Assembly: GCA_044892525.1 (NCBI GenBank)
Contig: CM097885.1
Coordinates: forward strand, 37,202,001-37,266,000
Length of the DNA: 64,000 nucleotides
DNA from: Schmidtea polychroa
Lineage: Eukaryota
Reading direction: 5' to 3'
In this document: positions 33,259 through 47,694 of the stretch, one piece after another
Numbering within the stretch: position 1 is the first letter of the stretch
Layout: each line of letters starts with the position of its first letter
The notes under the pieces: model-generated
What the model saw: only the letters and a program-made list of their open reading frames with translations
The model's database searches: none
What the model was told of the DNA's origin: nothing
Translations under genes and position numbers: made by a program

Positions 33259-34625
33259 TAACAAATCAATAATTTAAAAAACAGATAAAATATTAATTAT
33301 AGCCAATAGTTTCTAAAGTTTCGATGATTATGTCAAGGATTATCAAGAGTCCACAAAAGTTTTGATAATTATGATCATTTTAATGATATAGTAAGAGCTT
33401 AGAAGTCTTGACAAATAAGTATATAATAAAATTCAGTAAACAGTTTTGAAGTGCGTTGATTGATGTTTTGGTCGCATATTAAATATTTATTTGATTAAGA
33501 CAGTGTAATAAAATATTTAAATTGGTCAACTTTTTTCATTAAAAACAAGAATAAATGTTGTAACAACTTATAAAGGAACTTACATGAAAATTAAATTCAG
33601 CTTTAAAATTTCAGCTTTTTAACGAACTTCGCGCGATTTCTTAAGTTGTAGTAATTTAGCAATAATTTAACTCAGATTCACAACTTGTTCTTCCAATGCG
33701 AAGGATGACACGAAGGCGATCATCAGTTAAATTTGATCTCATTTTTAATTCTGAGATCATTATTATGAAAAATGTGAAGTAATAATGATAGGCTTTGATA
33801 TAATTTTATCAAATTTCATGTTTTGCATGATGTTCATGACTCGGAACTTTCCTGTATATCAATTAATTCTAAAGCATGTTAGATAATGACTTAGAAGGTG
33901 AAATGGTCAATGTAATATTTGCCAGATTTGTTGGATTTTGGACAGATGTCATTTTGTGAACATTTATTGGCGATGAAAAGATTTATTGATAAATTTGACA
34001 ATTACATTTTGAAGTCAATTATTAATTGTAACAATAGCATTTCATCTAATTGACAGTTTATTTTGTCAATTTATCTTGACGATAATATAATTTTCCCTAT
34101 AAATGATGAAAATAAAATGGAAATTTATTGATTTTGCTAATGAATTGATGTTATAGGTATACATATGATATACAAATTGAAGGTGCAGATTATATTTAAA
34201 TAAATTAGAAAATACATAGATTGAAACGGGTTTATTAAAAAAAATAAGATGGCAATAAATTGCATTTCTGTGTGTGATTATATGGAATAAAAGCTATATT
34301 ATTTATTATTACATTAATTTTTTTATATTTTTTAAGTAGTTAAAATTTGTTTTAAATTTAAATTCTATTTTACTAAGAGGGAATATTAATAAAAATGTTA
34401 ATTTCTTTACTATGAGGATATTCAAATGAAATTTGTAAATGATGTACTTCTTGAAGAATATCATATGTTTATAATCATATCATATGTTTTATTTCGTGAT
34501 TTTTTAAAAATGGCTGTTAATCAGTGTTCGTATTTAAAATAATATTATTTTCCGCAAATTGCAAATTATAAATAATTGTTTTCTTTTTTTATAATTTAGA
34601 AAATAGTACTTGAGAATTGAGAGCT

Positions 34626-35440
34626 ATGAAACGTTCATTTGAGAAGAAGAAAGAACTTGGAGCTGTAGGTCGAAAAGACGCTTGTTAGAGGCAAAAGAAG
34701 TAGAAAAAAGCAGGAAAATTTTTAATATGTTTTTTTAAAAAATCAAGCACAAACACGATTTCTTCAGAATGTCCTGCAAATTCTAAAGAATTGAAAGATA
34801 CCGAGCCAAGTTCAACCGAGAATGAATTTGATACGACATCTAATGATGCAGAAAAGATAACTAAAAATATTTTGACAAGGTCTTCAGAGAATTCTAATTC
34901 TAAAAAGTATGCTATTTCTGAAGAATTAGAAGATGGGTCTGACTAAGAAATAAATACTGATGACGTTGAAGTAAATAAAAACTTGATCTCCAAAGACGCA
35001 GAAAATATAAAAAATCCCATATCTAGAGCGATTGAAGAACACGACATCGGTCTTCTTAAGTTTAGTGAAGAAGCGGGAAAGCCAAATGTAACTGATGCGT
35101 TGAGAATAGAAATAATAAATCTCGGTTCTAAATATTTTCAAAACCGCGAGGGTTCGTCCTTTTTTGCCCACTAATAATCGTTCTATGAACAAAACTTGGT
35201 TCAATGTCGATTATATGATTTTGGTTTACTTATCATAGAACGAGAAATGACCGAAGAAATTGACTTTGATAATATAATTAAACAATTTGCGTCAGCTAAA
35301 GCAAGAAAGATAAATTTTTAATAAAACGTTATTAGGTTTAACTTGTGTGCTTTTTTAAAGTAGTTATTTTAGAAAATAAAACTTAAGTAACCTATCATCG
35401 GTGTTGGCCATAAGCGACATTTACCCTAAGTACGTCACTG
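34626..35440 (+). mobile_element. Internally deleted ZMYM1-like hAT remnant
   Basis: N-terminal fragment joined to IEREMTEEIDFDNIIKQFASAKARK. Right terminus taagtacgtcactg. Confidence 0.7.
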
Positions 35441-35741
35441 CTGATAATATTGCAATTAAAAGTAGAGATTACAAATCAAAGAATTACCAAGTTGATATTA
35501 TCGACACCTCAATGGATATATCAATAGAAGGAAGTTTTGCCTGGCAAATAAAAGGATCCAGGAATAAAACAAATGATTATCCATGAAACTTGAACTAAGA
35601 AAAACATTTAATTACCAACTTTATAACGGTCTCGAAATATTCTTCAGAACTCAAATGTTTAATAACTAGTTTACGATTCTCTTGATGTCTGTTTAAGTGA
35701 AGGAAAAATGAAGGAAAATGAAAGATAATGATTTTAAGCAA

Positions 35742-36192
35742 TCTTTATCTAATATATAAAAATGAAAGTATGTGTGCTTTTATGTCGGGGTATATAAACT
35801 TCAAATTATGGGTAAAAGGTAGACAAATGTATTCAACTTTTGAAGTTTAAAACGTAGAAGACCAAATGAACTTCTAATTCGTTCTGTTTACTACACTAAT
35901 GAGAAAAAAGTTAAAGTTTTTATCTAAAAAAATAACATGAAAATTCGCTTTTTTAGATGATTTTAAAACGTTTATTATTTTTTTCATTTTCTCTTTTTTG
36001 TCTCATTTTATTATTATATAATTTTCTCAGTATCCTATATTAGGTAAGTTGAGATTGTGATTTTGTGATTTTTGTACAGAAATGAAGAAAATAAATTTTC
36101 ATGTATTTATCTTTTTCTTTGTTAGTTTAACATCACTGCATATATTTTTTTAACTTTCAAATAGACCAGGCAGCACCGGGTGGCCTAGCTAG
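35742..36192 (+). mobile_element. Non-autonomous Helitron
   Basis: 5' A|TC...atatataaaaatgaa start. GC-rich imperfect hairpin ccaggcagcaccggg followed by CTAG|T at 36189-36193. Confidence 0.65.
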
Positions 36193-36415
36193 TCCTTAAT
36201 ATTTCAGATTAGGCCTGTTTACAAATAAAGGTATATTTGATAAAGACCAACAAATAAATTTTGGGAATCGTACTATTATTCAGCATGTATTTGCTTATAT
36301 TAGCACCACTTTCAATTTATTTGTATTTTTTATTTTTATTTTTTATTTTTATTTTTATTTTTTAATTTAATTTTTAATTTTAATTTTTAATTTTAATTTT
36401 AATTTTTAATTTTTA

Positions 36416-36446
<31 letters not shown>

Positions 36447-37557
36447 AAATTTTATTTTTAACTTTTTCAGTTTTTCAAATTTCTATAATCTTTGAGTAGA
36501 TGTAAATGAATTTCTTCATCCATATCTGAGTCATATTCTTCTAGAAATTATTTAAACTCAAAAAGATTGAATCCCACATATTAATAAGGACTCGCATCAA
36601 TTGTTACATCTTTAAAGCATTTGCTAAAAGGATATATTGGTGTAAGATAAATGGCTAATGACGCATGCTTTGATCTTTTCTTCGGTAAATTTTTCATTAT
36701 CATGCCAGTAAGACCAATATCTTTGCCAAATATTTTGGAAAAACTATTCAAAGACTAGTTGGATTTCATTCCTTGATTCACGGTACATACTTCTTCAAAT
36801 ATATTTTTTATTTTCGTATTTTTCTTTAAATTATATAATTTCGCCAAATCTTTAACCATTTAAGAATTATCAGTTCTATCCGTAATATTTGTATATATTT
36901 CATTACATTTATTATTAGGTGGGACTAATAGTTATAAAGACTTATAATATTAAATTGAAGAAATTATTATTTATTTATTGTAATATTTCTCAACTATATC
37001 ATTTGCAAAATCAAAATAAACATTTTAGTCTTGAAATGAAGTTGATTTTCAAGCTTTTTACTAAACTCACCGATTTGATTTGAGAAGCTGACGACCATGA
37101 ACGCCTTTATTTTCTGAACACAGCATATGTGTCTCATAAATATATTATTTTATAAATTTATAGTCATTGAAAGAGGTGACTCGACAAATTGTTTTAAAAT
37201 AAAATGGCTTTTTAAATCAATGTTGCTGCTGCTTTGTTCATTTTACTTGTCCAATTCACTAATCAGAATTTTGTTGAACAATTTTGTTTTTGGACTATTT
37301 TGTCAGGGAGTATTTTGTCAAGGTGTCATCATTTTTCTTTTTCATTCTTTCACACTATATACCACTGTTTTGTGTTATAATTAACAGTGATTAGAAAGCA
37401 GCACACTGATATATAGTTTGAAATAATTAAGATGAATAAAATCGTAAACGACAGATCAAAGGTGCCATATTATCCTAATATTTTACTATACGCCTTAATT
37501 GTATTTTATAAATGAAATTTACGTTGTAAAACAGTTTTGAAGAACTAACTGAAATTA

Positions 37558-37645
<88 letters not shown>

Positions 37646-38195
37646 ATTAATATTATTATTAGTATAAAGTGATGATTTCTTGGTAGCAACATTTATTATT
37701 TAAAACAATAAAGTAATATAAGCCTTTTGCTGCGAATAATGCCCTATACATTGGAGAGACTTCCCCTCACTTCCGAACACAAAATTAGCATCATAGCCGA
37801 TTGGAAGACGTGTGTCATATAGTTGACCATAAAAAATGTGTAAAGGTGCACTGACTTGAAATCCTTTAAAATTTTAAATAATAGACTTAAATAATAAGTG
37901 GGAAAGAATTTTATGTGAGGCATTAGTTATTAAATCACAATCCCTCGAAATGAAAAATCAATCAGCAACGAATTTATTGAAATTATTTAATTACCTCAAT
38001 AAATCATAACCATTAGATCATTATTGTTTCCTTATATAACTTTTAACTTAGATTATGATGGCAGACTGATGATGAGGATAGTTTCCCTGAAATATATTTC
38101 ATTTGTTTGGGATTTTCGAGTCATTAATAATATTATTATGAGCATCATTAATTTTAATATTTTCAACATTTTCGTTACAAACTCTAATTTTTTAG

Positions 38196-38659
38196 TATTT
38201 ATGGGTGTTATTGAATCTAAAGAAGTGCATGGTAAAATGGTGCGATTCGAATTACAAATCAAAGAAGTATGGCGTGTAAGTGGGAAAATATCTCAATTCA
38301 TCTCGACAAACAGTCAGGAGCAATATTCAATTCCTTTATGGATATCTCACGAAGAAGTCCGATGTGATTGTCCAAGCATTTCTCTCGGTCGAAGTTATCT
38401 TATCTTAATGAAATATAAAATATATCATCACAGGCATCGTGAAGAATTATTACTTGACTCTCGAACGGTAATGTTGCAATGGCGGCCGTCTTGGGAAAGA
38501 AGATTGCAGAAATTTCAAACGAAAGCCAATGAAGAAAAATGTGAAAAATTTCTGCAAAAGAAATCCAAAATCAAGCATAACCGAATAAATCGCGTCGGGA
38601 AAAATAAACGATCACTATTGTTGACAAAGAATCCATATTCATCTGAATTTATATCTTAG
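38196..38659 (+). CDS. netrin: Netrin terminal exon 7: NTR/C345C domain and basic tail
   Basis: Acceptor ttttag, phase 1. Encodes VFMGVIES...LWI....RCDCPSISLGRSYLIL...W...WERRLQKFQ...C, then TAG. The seven exons sum to 2031 nt (676 aa). AATAAA at 38752. Confidence 0.9.
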
Positions 38660-38903
38660 ATATTTCGATTTATTCAACATGTTTTCTGGGTTTTTTTGGG
38701 GTTTTTTTATCATTATCAATTGTGTTTTATGTTCCCATGTCATAATCAATGAATAAATTATTAAATTTTTATCAGACTTTTTTTGTTATAATTTAGTTAC
38801 TCATTGTTTGTCAAGAATATTTCGCTTTTTCAATATAAAATTTTAAATTTTCATTTTTAAAACGTTTACAGAGAAAGAGACTATAGCCATCATATATTTG
38901 AAA

Positions 38904-39171
38904 GGTGACCCGTCAAAAGGGCCCGGGACAAAACGGCCCCGTCAAACGGTTCGAATATTACGGCCAGACAAAAAGACCCCGTCAAAAAGGCCCTTGGCAA
39001 AAAAAAGTCAACATACATACAATAAAACTCACTCTATGTCACAAATCCTATAAGTATGTCACAAATTTCTAAAGCCTCACCCAGTAATTAAGACATTATT
39101 TACATTTCTATAAATCATACATGCAAGAAATTTGTATTAATAACAGATTGCGTTCAAAAATTATAATAATA

Positions 39172-39258
<87 letters not shown>

Positions 39259-40159
39259 TTCTTAAAGCAACGTGTCTAACACTATGTGTCATTTGATGGT
39301 ACTTAAATAAATCTGAATTAATACATAAGTAGTGGTAAGTAAACTCAATTTCTGTACGGAAACGTACTGACGTACGGAAATTGAATTTTTAATTTTTTAT
39401 AAATGAGTATATTTAATAATAATTTAAAAAATCGAATTTTTTTCTGACTTTTTTTTGATAAAGGGCCCCCATAAATAATTTTGCGTTGGCCACCAGAATA
39501 CTAAAGACGGCCATACTGAATTCTCCTCGGTTTTGATCGTCAGCAAATTCCTTGAGCGGGGCTATATTGTGATGTTTATAGCCTTGCAGACGCTCCCGAT
39601 GTCGTCTTCACGACGACGAAACGGGCATTAAGCTTTAGACTACTTACTATTATTATTATTATTATTATTATTACGAAACGTCATTATTTTCTTATTATTT
39701 CTTGCACTAAATTATTTTAACCTTATATTAGTGATAATGATCCTGCAAACTCAAACTGAAATCCACGCATAAATTATTGTATGGCATTTATGTAGTTGAC
39801 CCAGAAAAATTTGTTTGCAAGCAAAATGTAAAGGCCTCTAATGTGCATGAATACTTTTTACAGAAGGAGAAACAGAGTCAGGCTTACTTACAGGCATTTA
39901 ATAATAGTACGAAATGCCTAATAGTACGTAGTTATAAAGTTGAGTATTATCACCATTCAATAAGATCCAATTCAATTTTCTATCGGTCTTATTAGTGGGG
40001 GCCCTTTTGACAGGGGTTGTTTTTACCTTATATCAGAGGCTTTTTTGTCGGAGGCCTTTATGACCAGGGCCGTAATATCGGAGATGTTTTGCCGGGGACT
40101 TTATGCCGGGAGACGTAATATCGGGGCCGTTTTTTCCCGGGCCCTTATGACGGGGTACC
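38904..40159. mobile_element. Non-autonomous DNA transposon with GG..CC termini and repetitive TIRs (Merlin/MULE-like)
   Basis: ggtgacccgtcaaaagggcccggg versus the reverse complement of the right end, ggtaccccgtcataagggcccggg. TSD atttgaaa/acttgaaa. Confidence 0.8.
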
Positions 40160-40871
40160 ACTTGAAATGTTACTGTGAACGGATGGCTTTAGCAGTCGGT
40201 TCGTTCATTTAACACCATGAATTTCTATATATTGGTGTAACTCTTGTGTGAAAACAATCATAATCGAAAAACAAATGATTTTATAATTATTTCGATTGAT
40301 AATAAAAATATCAGAGTATCAAAAATCGACCCCCTTGGGTTGTCGGTGAAATTTACCAACAATTACCAACCATAACACACAGTGAGTAATAGTCCAATTC
40401 ACAACTGGCAAACTGCTTGTTTCATCGAACTTGTTCAACAGAAATATTCCTAAATAGATTTTTAAACATTTGAAAGATAAACAGAAAAAAATCAAATCTA
40501 TAACTCTACCATTAAAATCTGAAGTTAAAAACAATTCGGAGACGCCTAAATCAACTTACTCTCAAATCATTCTGAAGGTTTTAATAATTCTTGTTTTAAT
40601 AAAATTGTAAATTTATTATTTTTGTTATTCATTATTGTCGTTAACATTGCATACAATCACTCCGGCAGTCCCGACACAATTTTTAAAGGTGACGCTGATA
40701 GGCTCTACAAATTCCTATTAAACAACAATTACAATTACAATTAAAATTACATCACACAAGACAGCCTAACGTACCACAACACTGGTAATGAAAGGCGCCG
40801 TATTAGGAATAGTGTTGGTGCTTATGCTGATTATAGTAATAATAAAATAAGAATAAGAATAAGAATAATAA

Positions 40872-40937
<66 letters not shown>

Positions 40938-40942
<5 letters not shown>

Positions 40943-41098
40943 CAATAAATTGATAATTTAAGCCTTTGGCTGCGAAAAATGTATTTAGTGAAAATATTTT
41001 CGACTATAAGATAGTCCTTGTCAATCTTATAGTCGAAAATATTTGTATTAAATACAGTATTCGCAGCAAAAGGCTTAAATTATCACTTTATTGTTTTA
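40938..41098. repeat. ~160-bp imperfect palindrome between (TAA)n tracts
   Basis: Arms taaaacaataaa...ttcgactataaga and tcttatagtcgaa...tttattgtttta, with a ~14-nt loop. Confidence 0.9.
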
Positions 41099-41132
41099 AA
41101 TAATAAATGCTGCTACCAAGAAATCATCACTT

Positions 41133-41187
<55 letters not shown>

Positions 41188-41400
41188 TTTTAATAATTTT
41201 CTTTTTGGTAAGGCTAACAGTGGTTATAATAATAGCTGTAGGGATGATAATTAAGGTGATAATGACAACTCTGGTACGGTGGATAAGTGAGATTGAGGTA
41301 TTAAAACCAAAGGTGAATGACTCAAATTAAGATTCAGGAAAATTCAGAATAACAAAAACAAAAAAATACAAAGTACGATAATTAAATTCTAAAATGATAA

Positions 41401-42230
41401 TGTTAGGTATTTTGTGCAAGTTGGTATCACTGTCTGACTCTTTGACGCCCTTTTATTAAGCAAATCGAACAATCCTACACAATAATATTTATTCGAATTG
41501 TTCACTATTACACATTTCTTCTATTACACACTTTAATGAAACAATCTTTAAAAAAACTTTAAATAACTCTTTGCTTTGCAGACTTTTTAATTTCAAACTG
41601 ACTCTTGCGCAGGAATAAATCTTCCAATGGGAGATGTCCCTTTTTGGTACGCTAGATTCAAAAAGATTGGTTAGCACTAAATTAAATTCAGTTTTACTAT
41701 ACTATTACTTTTCTTTCTTCAACTAACTGTCAATTATGTTTACTTGCTGGTCGTTTTATACTCGTCTCGTAATTTATTGTCTCCTTATCAAATTACTTTC
41801 GATGCTTTTCCCCGGGTTTCCCCTTACCGACCTAATTGGTTTGGGCAATCTATTCATATTTTGATAATTTGCCCAGATTTAATTACTTGTCGGCTAATTC
41901 GATTGCCTCTACCTAATTTGATTGACCACTCGGGTCCTCTCACACTGCTCGTGTTTTCCATTGGCTTTGATTTCCTATTATCTAGGGTTTCTTATTAGCT
42001 AATTAATTTTTTTGATTATTTCCTTCTAGGGACCCCTATTGACTTTATTCTTATTATATTTGAACTCTTTTATTGTTCGGCATCCACCCATACCAGTTTC
42101 CCCTGGAAAATATATTTTTTTAATTTTATTGATTTTTAATTAATATTTTTGCACTTTAAATTATTTTGTAAATTTGATGTTTTTATTGATTTTCACCTTG
42201 TTTTTGTGCCTGTCTCGTCGAATCCAAACA
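41401..42230 (-). mobile_element. Solo LTR related to the 57370-58278 LTR
   Basis: TGTT...AACA termini. Both ends and the TATA-box region align by eye with the reverse complement of the 57370 LTR. No clear TSD. Confidence 0.85.
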
Positions 42231-42624
42231 TATCTCCCGCTTTCATTTAAATTCGTCTTCGAATCTGCATGTTTCTAAAAGTCCTAATTTATGCAAATAA
42301 TAATAAACATCAAGCAAATGTTCACCCGTAATGCCTCCATCAGAAAATCGCCCAACTACAATTCTCCTTATCCCAAATTGCTTCCATACCCCTTCTATAC
42401 AATTTAAATAGTGCACAAAAACTTCAAAACAATCAAACTTGCTCCAAAAACATCAATTAAGCCATCAATAATATGCTATAAGCATTTGAATTCCTTTCCA
42501 AAAAAATTGAAAAATATGTTTTAGGAAAATTGTTGTTAGTAAATTTGCATACATTTTTCATTATGTGTTTTGTGTTGGTATGTTAAATTAATTTCTGCCA
42601 CTTTTTCAATTCCTATAATAAATA

Positions 42625-43668
42625 CACCGTTTGCAGTGAACAAACGCATCTATAATATAGGTTGGTGTGTATAATTAATTATAGATGCGTCATTATTTCT
42701 GATGAATGATTAAATTTCGGAATTAGGTGTAGTTAATTTAAGATTAACTATTTTAGCCATTTTATAAATGGCTTTCAAGTAATATTTTTATTTAAAGTAA
42801 ATTTTAAGATTTGAATTTTTATCTATATAGATATGAGATCATTATTCAAGCTCTTAAATATTACTTTTTATCAACATTTTTTATTATAACTTATTTATAA
42901 TTATATTTCAGGGTTTTTTTAGGATTTTTATGAAATTTTATGAAATTATTTGGAATTATTTCAATATAGTGTAAGTCAGATATATTTTTAACTATAAATA
43001 AATAAAATATTCGCCAAACACAATTCTCATTTCTCCCAAAGATTCAAAAAATTTGGATTCTACGGAATCCAACAAATTATTCCCATGTTCTTCTGAAATA
43101 CTTTGTCTTCTTCTACCTCTTTTCTGGTTGCAAATTTCTCCATATTTTTTATATCTGTAAATTATTGTTCCAATCGATTGTTTGGTGATTCCAAGTAATC
43201 CTCCAAAATCTTCGTCATTTTCAACATTTTGAAAGGCATTAATAAGTAGAATTTTGTCATGTTCTATTAAAAAAATTAATATTAAATTTATTAAAAATTG
43301 AATATAAATCTTACGAAATAATATCTTTATTATCTATACAACTCAAAGCTGAGTTTATGGAATTTTCGTCAAATTTTTTCGGTCATATCTTTCTAAATAT
43401 TTCTAAAAATGTCTGTAAACGATTCATTATAATGCCGTTTATTCATTACAACGATTCTACATATCGAAAATTTGCATGCGATTTTTACTGTGTTGTGTTT
43501 GTGTGTGTCAGTTTATTTTTTCTATTACTTTCTCACTTTCTATATTAAATGCGTTTGTTCATTGCAACGCTAAAAATCAAAACACATGTAAGTTTGTATG
43601 TTTATATAATGTACACGTATTGATTTTATTTTTACATTATAGATGTGTTTGTTCACTGCAAACGTGTG
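42625..43668 (-). mobile_element. Non-autonomous Tc1/mariner element with a degraded HTH-like remnant
   Basis: ~32-bp TIR cac(a)cgtttgcagtgaacaaac(g/a)catctataat with TA TSD. Confidence 0.85.
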
Positions 43669-44091
43669 TATGTTAAATTTCGGAACATTAAATTTTTACA
43701 CACAGGTAAGTTTGCGTGTTCCTATACTATAAATTTATTGATTTTTTTTAAGATTATAGACTATGGTAAATTTCGGAATTAGATGTATACAATTTCATGA
43801 AGTTTGCTTTTCAAACTCAGTATGTAATTAAATTAATGATTAATTCTATATTTGTCCTTTGTAGTTCTTCCATTTAACTGTAAAGAAAAGTAGTGAGATT
43901 ATATTTTTTTAATCAAAAACCAATTTGATAGAATAAAAATAATAATTTAATAAAATACATTCCTTTGCCAGTGTGTGTGTTTTATTTTGTTTAATATGTA
44001 TGGTCAGTATTCAATGAGACGAGAGATAGGGAGGAAATTTTGCAAATGAAAAGATAATTATCATTGCAACGATTCACTTTCTGGACACATG

Positions 44092-44865
44092 CAATGGCGT
44101 CGCTAGGCGGGTGAAGGGGGTGCGTACCGCACCGGCTGACACTAAATGAAAAATTGCAAATTTTACACAGCAGACGTTGCTCGGTCCAGTTGTATTTTAT
44201 AAGCGGATAACAGATCATAGTTAAATAAAAACATGACTAAAAGGCAAAACTGGGTCAGGGTGCTACCATGTAGTCCTGAGAGCATCTGGGACTCATTTTG
44301 ATGAGATTTAGAGCTGGTCAGATCAAAATTTGGAGTTATTTACGAATGCGATAATTAATGAAGCACATTAAATCAATAGACTTGGAGGCGTTTCCATAGG
44401 CCGAGTGCTTTATGCGCACGAGGTGCCATCTTTGGCTTGACGCTTGGTATGGTGTAGATGTGCAGACGTTTACATACTCGTTTTTATATCAAAACAGTAA
44501 ATTTTGTGAAACTTGTAATTTATATCACTAACCTGTTTAAAGTAAATTAGAACAGGACGTAATTTTTATAACATATGAACAGTGACGAAAGGATTACACT
44601 CAAAAAGTGAGTATTACTAGTAATTATATACTGCTATGATAATGACGGCACGCACACATTCGTAGACCTACTGTAAAGCCTTGTGAACTCTTGAGGTAAT
44701 ATTTTCATTCTTTGCTGCTTCCACTCATCGATGGGATGTTTTGATTGAATACACTGGGATGTCGGTGAAAAGGTTATCAATAACACGTTGGAATGCTCAT
44801 TATGCTGCAGTTAAGCCAGTTAAAGATAGGTTTGATGAATGTATGGCGGCGATTGAAGCTCTATG
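44092..44865 (+). mobile_element. hAT (ZMYM1-like) left end and transposase fragment
   Basis: TIR-like caatggcgtcgcta and FFAASTHRWDVL...VKRLSITRWNAH motif. Confidence 0.7.
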
Positions 44866-47273
44866 ACTTTTTCAAATGCCCGTGGATGTTTTTCTAAATA
44901 CGGTTAAAGAAAATATCAATTTTTAACATTAAGATGTATAATGTTTCAATGAGAATTACAAGCGCATTTTTAATTTTCGAAATTAAAATTAATCAATCCC
45001 AACAATTAATTATTAAATGGGAATTCCAAGAAAATTAAATTTTTTCCTACTTTAAATTAAAATTAATTAACTCAAATATCGTTACATCGTTAGTTAAAAA
45101 ACTCTATTTAAATCAGTCAACCAAAAACAATCTCTCAGTGTGGACAACAATTTATCCAAATAAAAAAAATAATTTTTGTTTTTACAAAAATGTCTCTCAG
45201 CAAAGGGATGTCTCAAAAAGGAAAACGTGAAGATGAAAAATCTGCGCAACAAGTGTTAAGAAATAACTGGGAAGAACAATTTTTGTTCACACATTCACTA
45301 TCATCAAGGCCAATTTGTCTGATTTGTAATGACACAGTTGCAGTCTATAAAAAATACAATGTGGAACGTCATTTTAATCAGATGCATTCAGAATTCAAAA
45401 TCAAATACCCAATTGGATCTGCAGACAGAACTGACTTTATTTCAAAGAGAAAATCGAAACTTGCAGTTCAGCAAACATTTTTTACCAAAAGACAAGAAGA
45501 AATGCACGGTATGACAAAAGCTTCCTTTCAAATTTCCCTGCTGCTTGCCAGATTAAAAAAAAGTTATTCAGATGGTGAAATGGTAAAAGAGGCAATTTCT
45601 ATTTTTGCTGAAAACTCAGGTGACCCAAAAAAAAAATTGCTGTCCAAAAACATAGCACTTTCAAGAAATACAGTTACTCGGAGAATTGAAGAAATGCCCA
45701 ATGATGTCTCAAAACAAATTATTGTTGCTGCTTCACTTTCAAAATTTCAATTGCAATTGATGAAAGCTGTGATGCAACTGACAGTGCTCAATTACTGGTT
45801 TATATAAGATGTGTCAATGAAAACTTCGATGTTGTTCAGGAACTTCTTGGCCTTTGTCAACTGAAAACCACAACAACTGGAGCCGATATCTTTGAAGCAC
45901 TGAAAGATTGTGTGGAAAATTCAAGCATCAACGAGTATAAGCTCAACTGGAATCAACTGGAAAGTATCTGCACAGATGGAGCTCCTGCAATGGTTGGGAA
46001 AAACAACGGTTGTGTTTCCCTTCTAGAAAAATATCTAAAAAGAAAACTTTTTAAGTACCATTCCATTATTCATCAAGAAGTTCTTTGCTCAAAGGATATG
46101 GAATTCAAGCATGTTATTGACACAGCTGTGCACTGTATTAACAAGATTAGAGCACGATCTCTAAATAGAAGAGAGTTCCGATCCCTGTTTGAAGAGGAAA
46201 CCGATGATTGTGGTGAACTTTTGCTCCATTGCTCTGTTCGCTGGTTGTCAAAGGGAAAAATGCTGTCAAGATTTTTCCAGTTAAGGACCCAAGTACTGCA
46301 ATTTTTGGAAGAAAAAAAAAGAGTTGCCTACCGAGTGTGATCTTTTGAAAAACAATTCCTGGTTGAGTGAATTGGCTTTTCTTGTTGATGTCACAAATTA
46401 CCTGAACATCTTGAACACAGGATTGCAAGGTGAAAATAGTTTGTTCCCAACACTATTCAATCAAATCAATGCATTTAAGGCAAAATTAAAACTGTTTTAT
46501 AACAGTCTTTCTCAAGGAAATCTGGATCTTTTCCCCACGCTTCAGAAATTTCAACTTGAAAGTTCAATCACTGTCAACTTGGACTATGAAAAATACAAAC
46601 TTGCCATTATGAATTTGTCTCATTCATTTTCTTCTCGATTTTCTGACTTTGAGGCAGAGAAGGATAACATTTTATTGTTCATTAATCCATTCTCTATATC
46701 AGAAAGTGAAATCAGCAAGTATTCTCCAAAAATACAGATGGAAATTACTGACATTCAAAACCACACAGGATTAAAGAGAAAGTTTCAAGAGCTTTGTGAA
46801 TCACCTATTTCACCCGACTTAAAAGCATTCTGGAAGCTTGTTCCAAAAAATGACTATCCTGAACTTAACAACATGGCTATCCGGTTTGTGGTCAAATTTG
46901 GATACACTTACATTTGTGAGAAGACATTTTCTTCAATGAACTACATAAAAAGCAAATTCAGATGTTCACTCACTGATGCTCACATGGAAAACCTCATTCT
47001 ATTATCAAATTCAAAAATAAATCCTGATATTGATCAACTTGTTAGCCAGACTCAAATTCAAAAGCCGCATTAAAATGATGTTATAAATAAATTTGTTTGT
47101 TTTGTTTCACATTATTTTTTTTATTATTTTAAATTTTTAATACAAATGCATGTTTCCTAATAAAAAGATTGTTACAAGATCATTTTTCTATTAACTAATT
47201 TTTCAAAAATGTGCCCGCAAAGACTTTTTCATTTAAATAGTTGCCCACTTGATAGAAAGGTTGGGCACCACTG
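44866..47273 (+). mobile_element. hAT Charlie/SPIN (GTF2IRD2-like) element; transposase 45190-47073 with two frameshifts
   Basis: CLIC...NVERHF...H, LSRNTVTRRI, IDESCD, TDGAPAMVG, VRWLSKG, FG.TYICEKTFSSM. Right TIR aggttgggcaccactg; left TIR missing. Confidence 0.92.
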
Positions 47274-47559
47274 AACTAAACCTTATATTATATATATATA
47301 TATATATATCATTCGAAAGTACTTTTGATGGTGAGTTTGAAGGTCCCAGGGTCCAAGGTTCAAAAATTTTAGAAAACCTTATAATATACATATCAAACAA
47401 GAGGTATTTGAGATGTTAGTATCATGTTCATACTTTCAAAGGTTCATGAATGGTAGGGGTAATGATATCTATATATCATTAAAAAGGTTTTTAAAATAAG
47501 CCATCCTTCAATAAAATCGGTTGATAGAAACAATAACTTCAACAATAAAGTTTACTCTA

Positions 47560-47694
47560 CCACAATTCCGCATTGCATTCAAAAATCATCAATTGTACAA
47601 CATTAAAAACGTTAAGAGGGCGCTGACAAATAGAGATGACAAGCAGTATTGGAAATCAAAAAACAAGAGTTTTGCATATGGGCATTATCGGGTA
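47560..47694 (+). mobile_element. Polinton/adintovirus-type protein-primed PolB C-terminal fragment
   Basis: RIAFKNHQLYNIKNVKRALTNRDDKQYW....SFAYGHYRV fits I.S..H.+Y.....K.AL...DDKR......T+.YGHY. Confidence 0.65.

Noticed and set aside
38024..38195. N-terminal part of the 211-aa ORF as coding sequence
   Set aside because: It is AT-rich intron sequence upstream of the acceptor at 38195; netrin homology starts at 38196.
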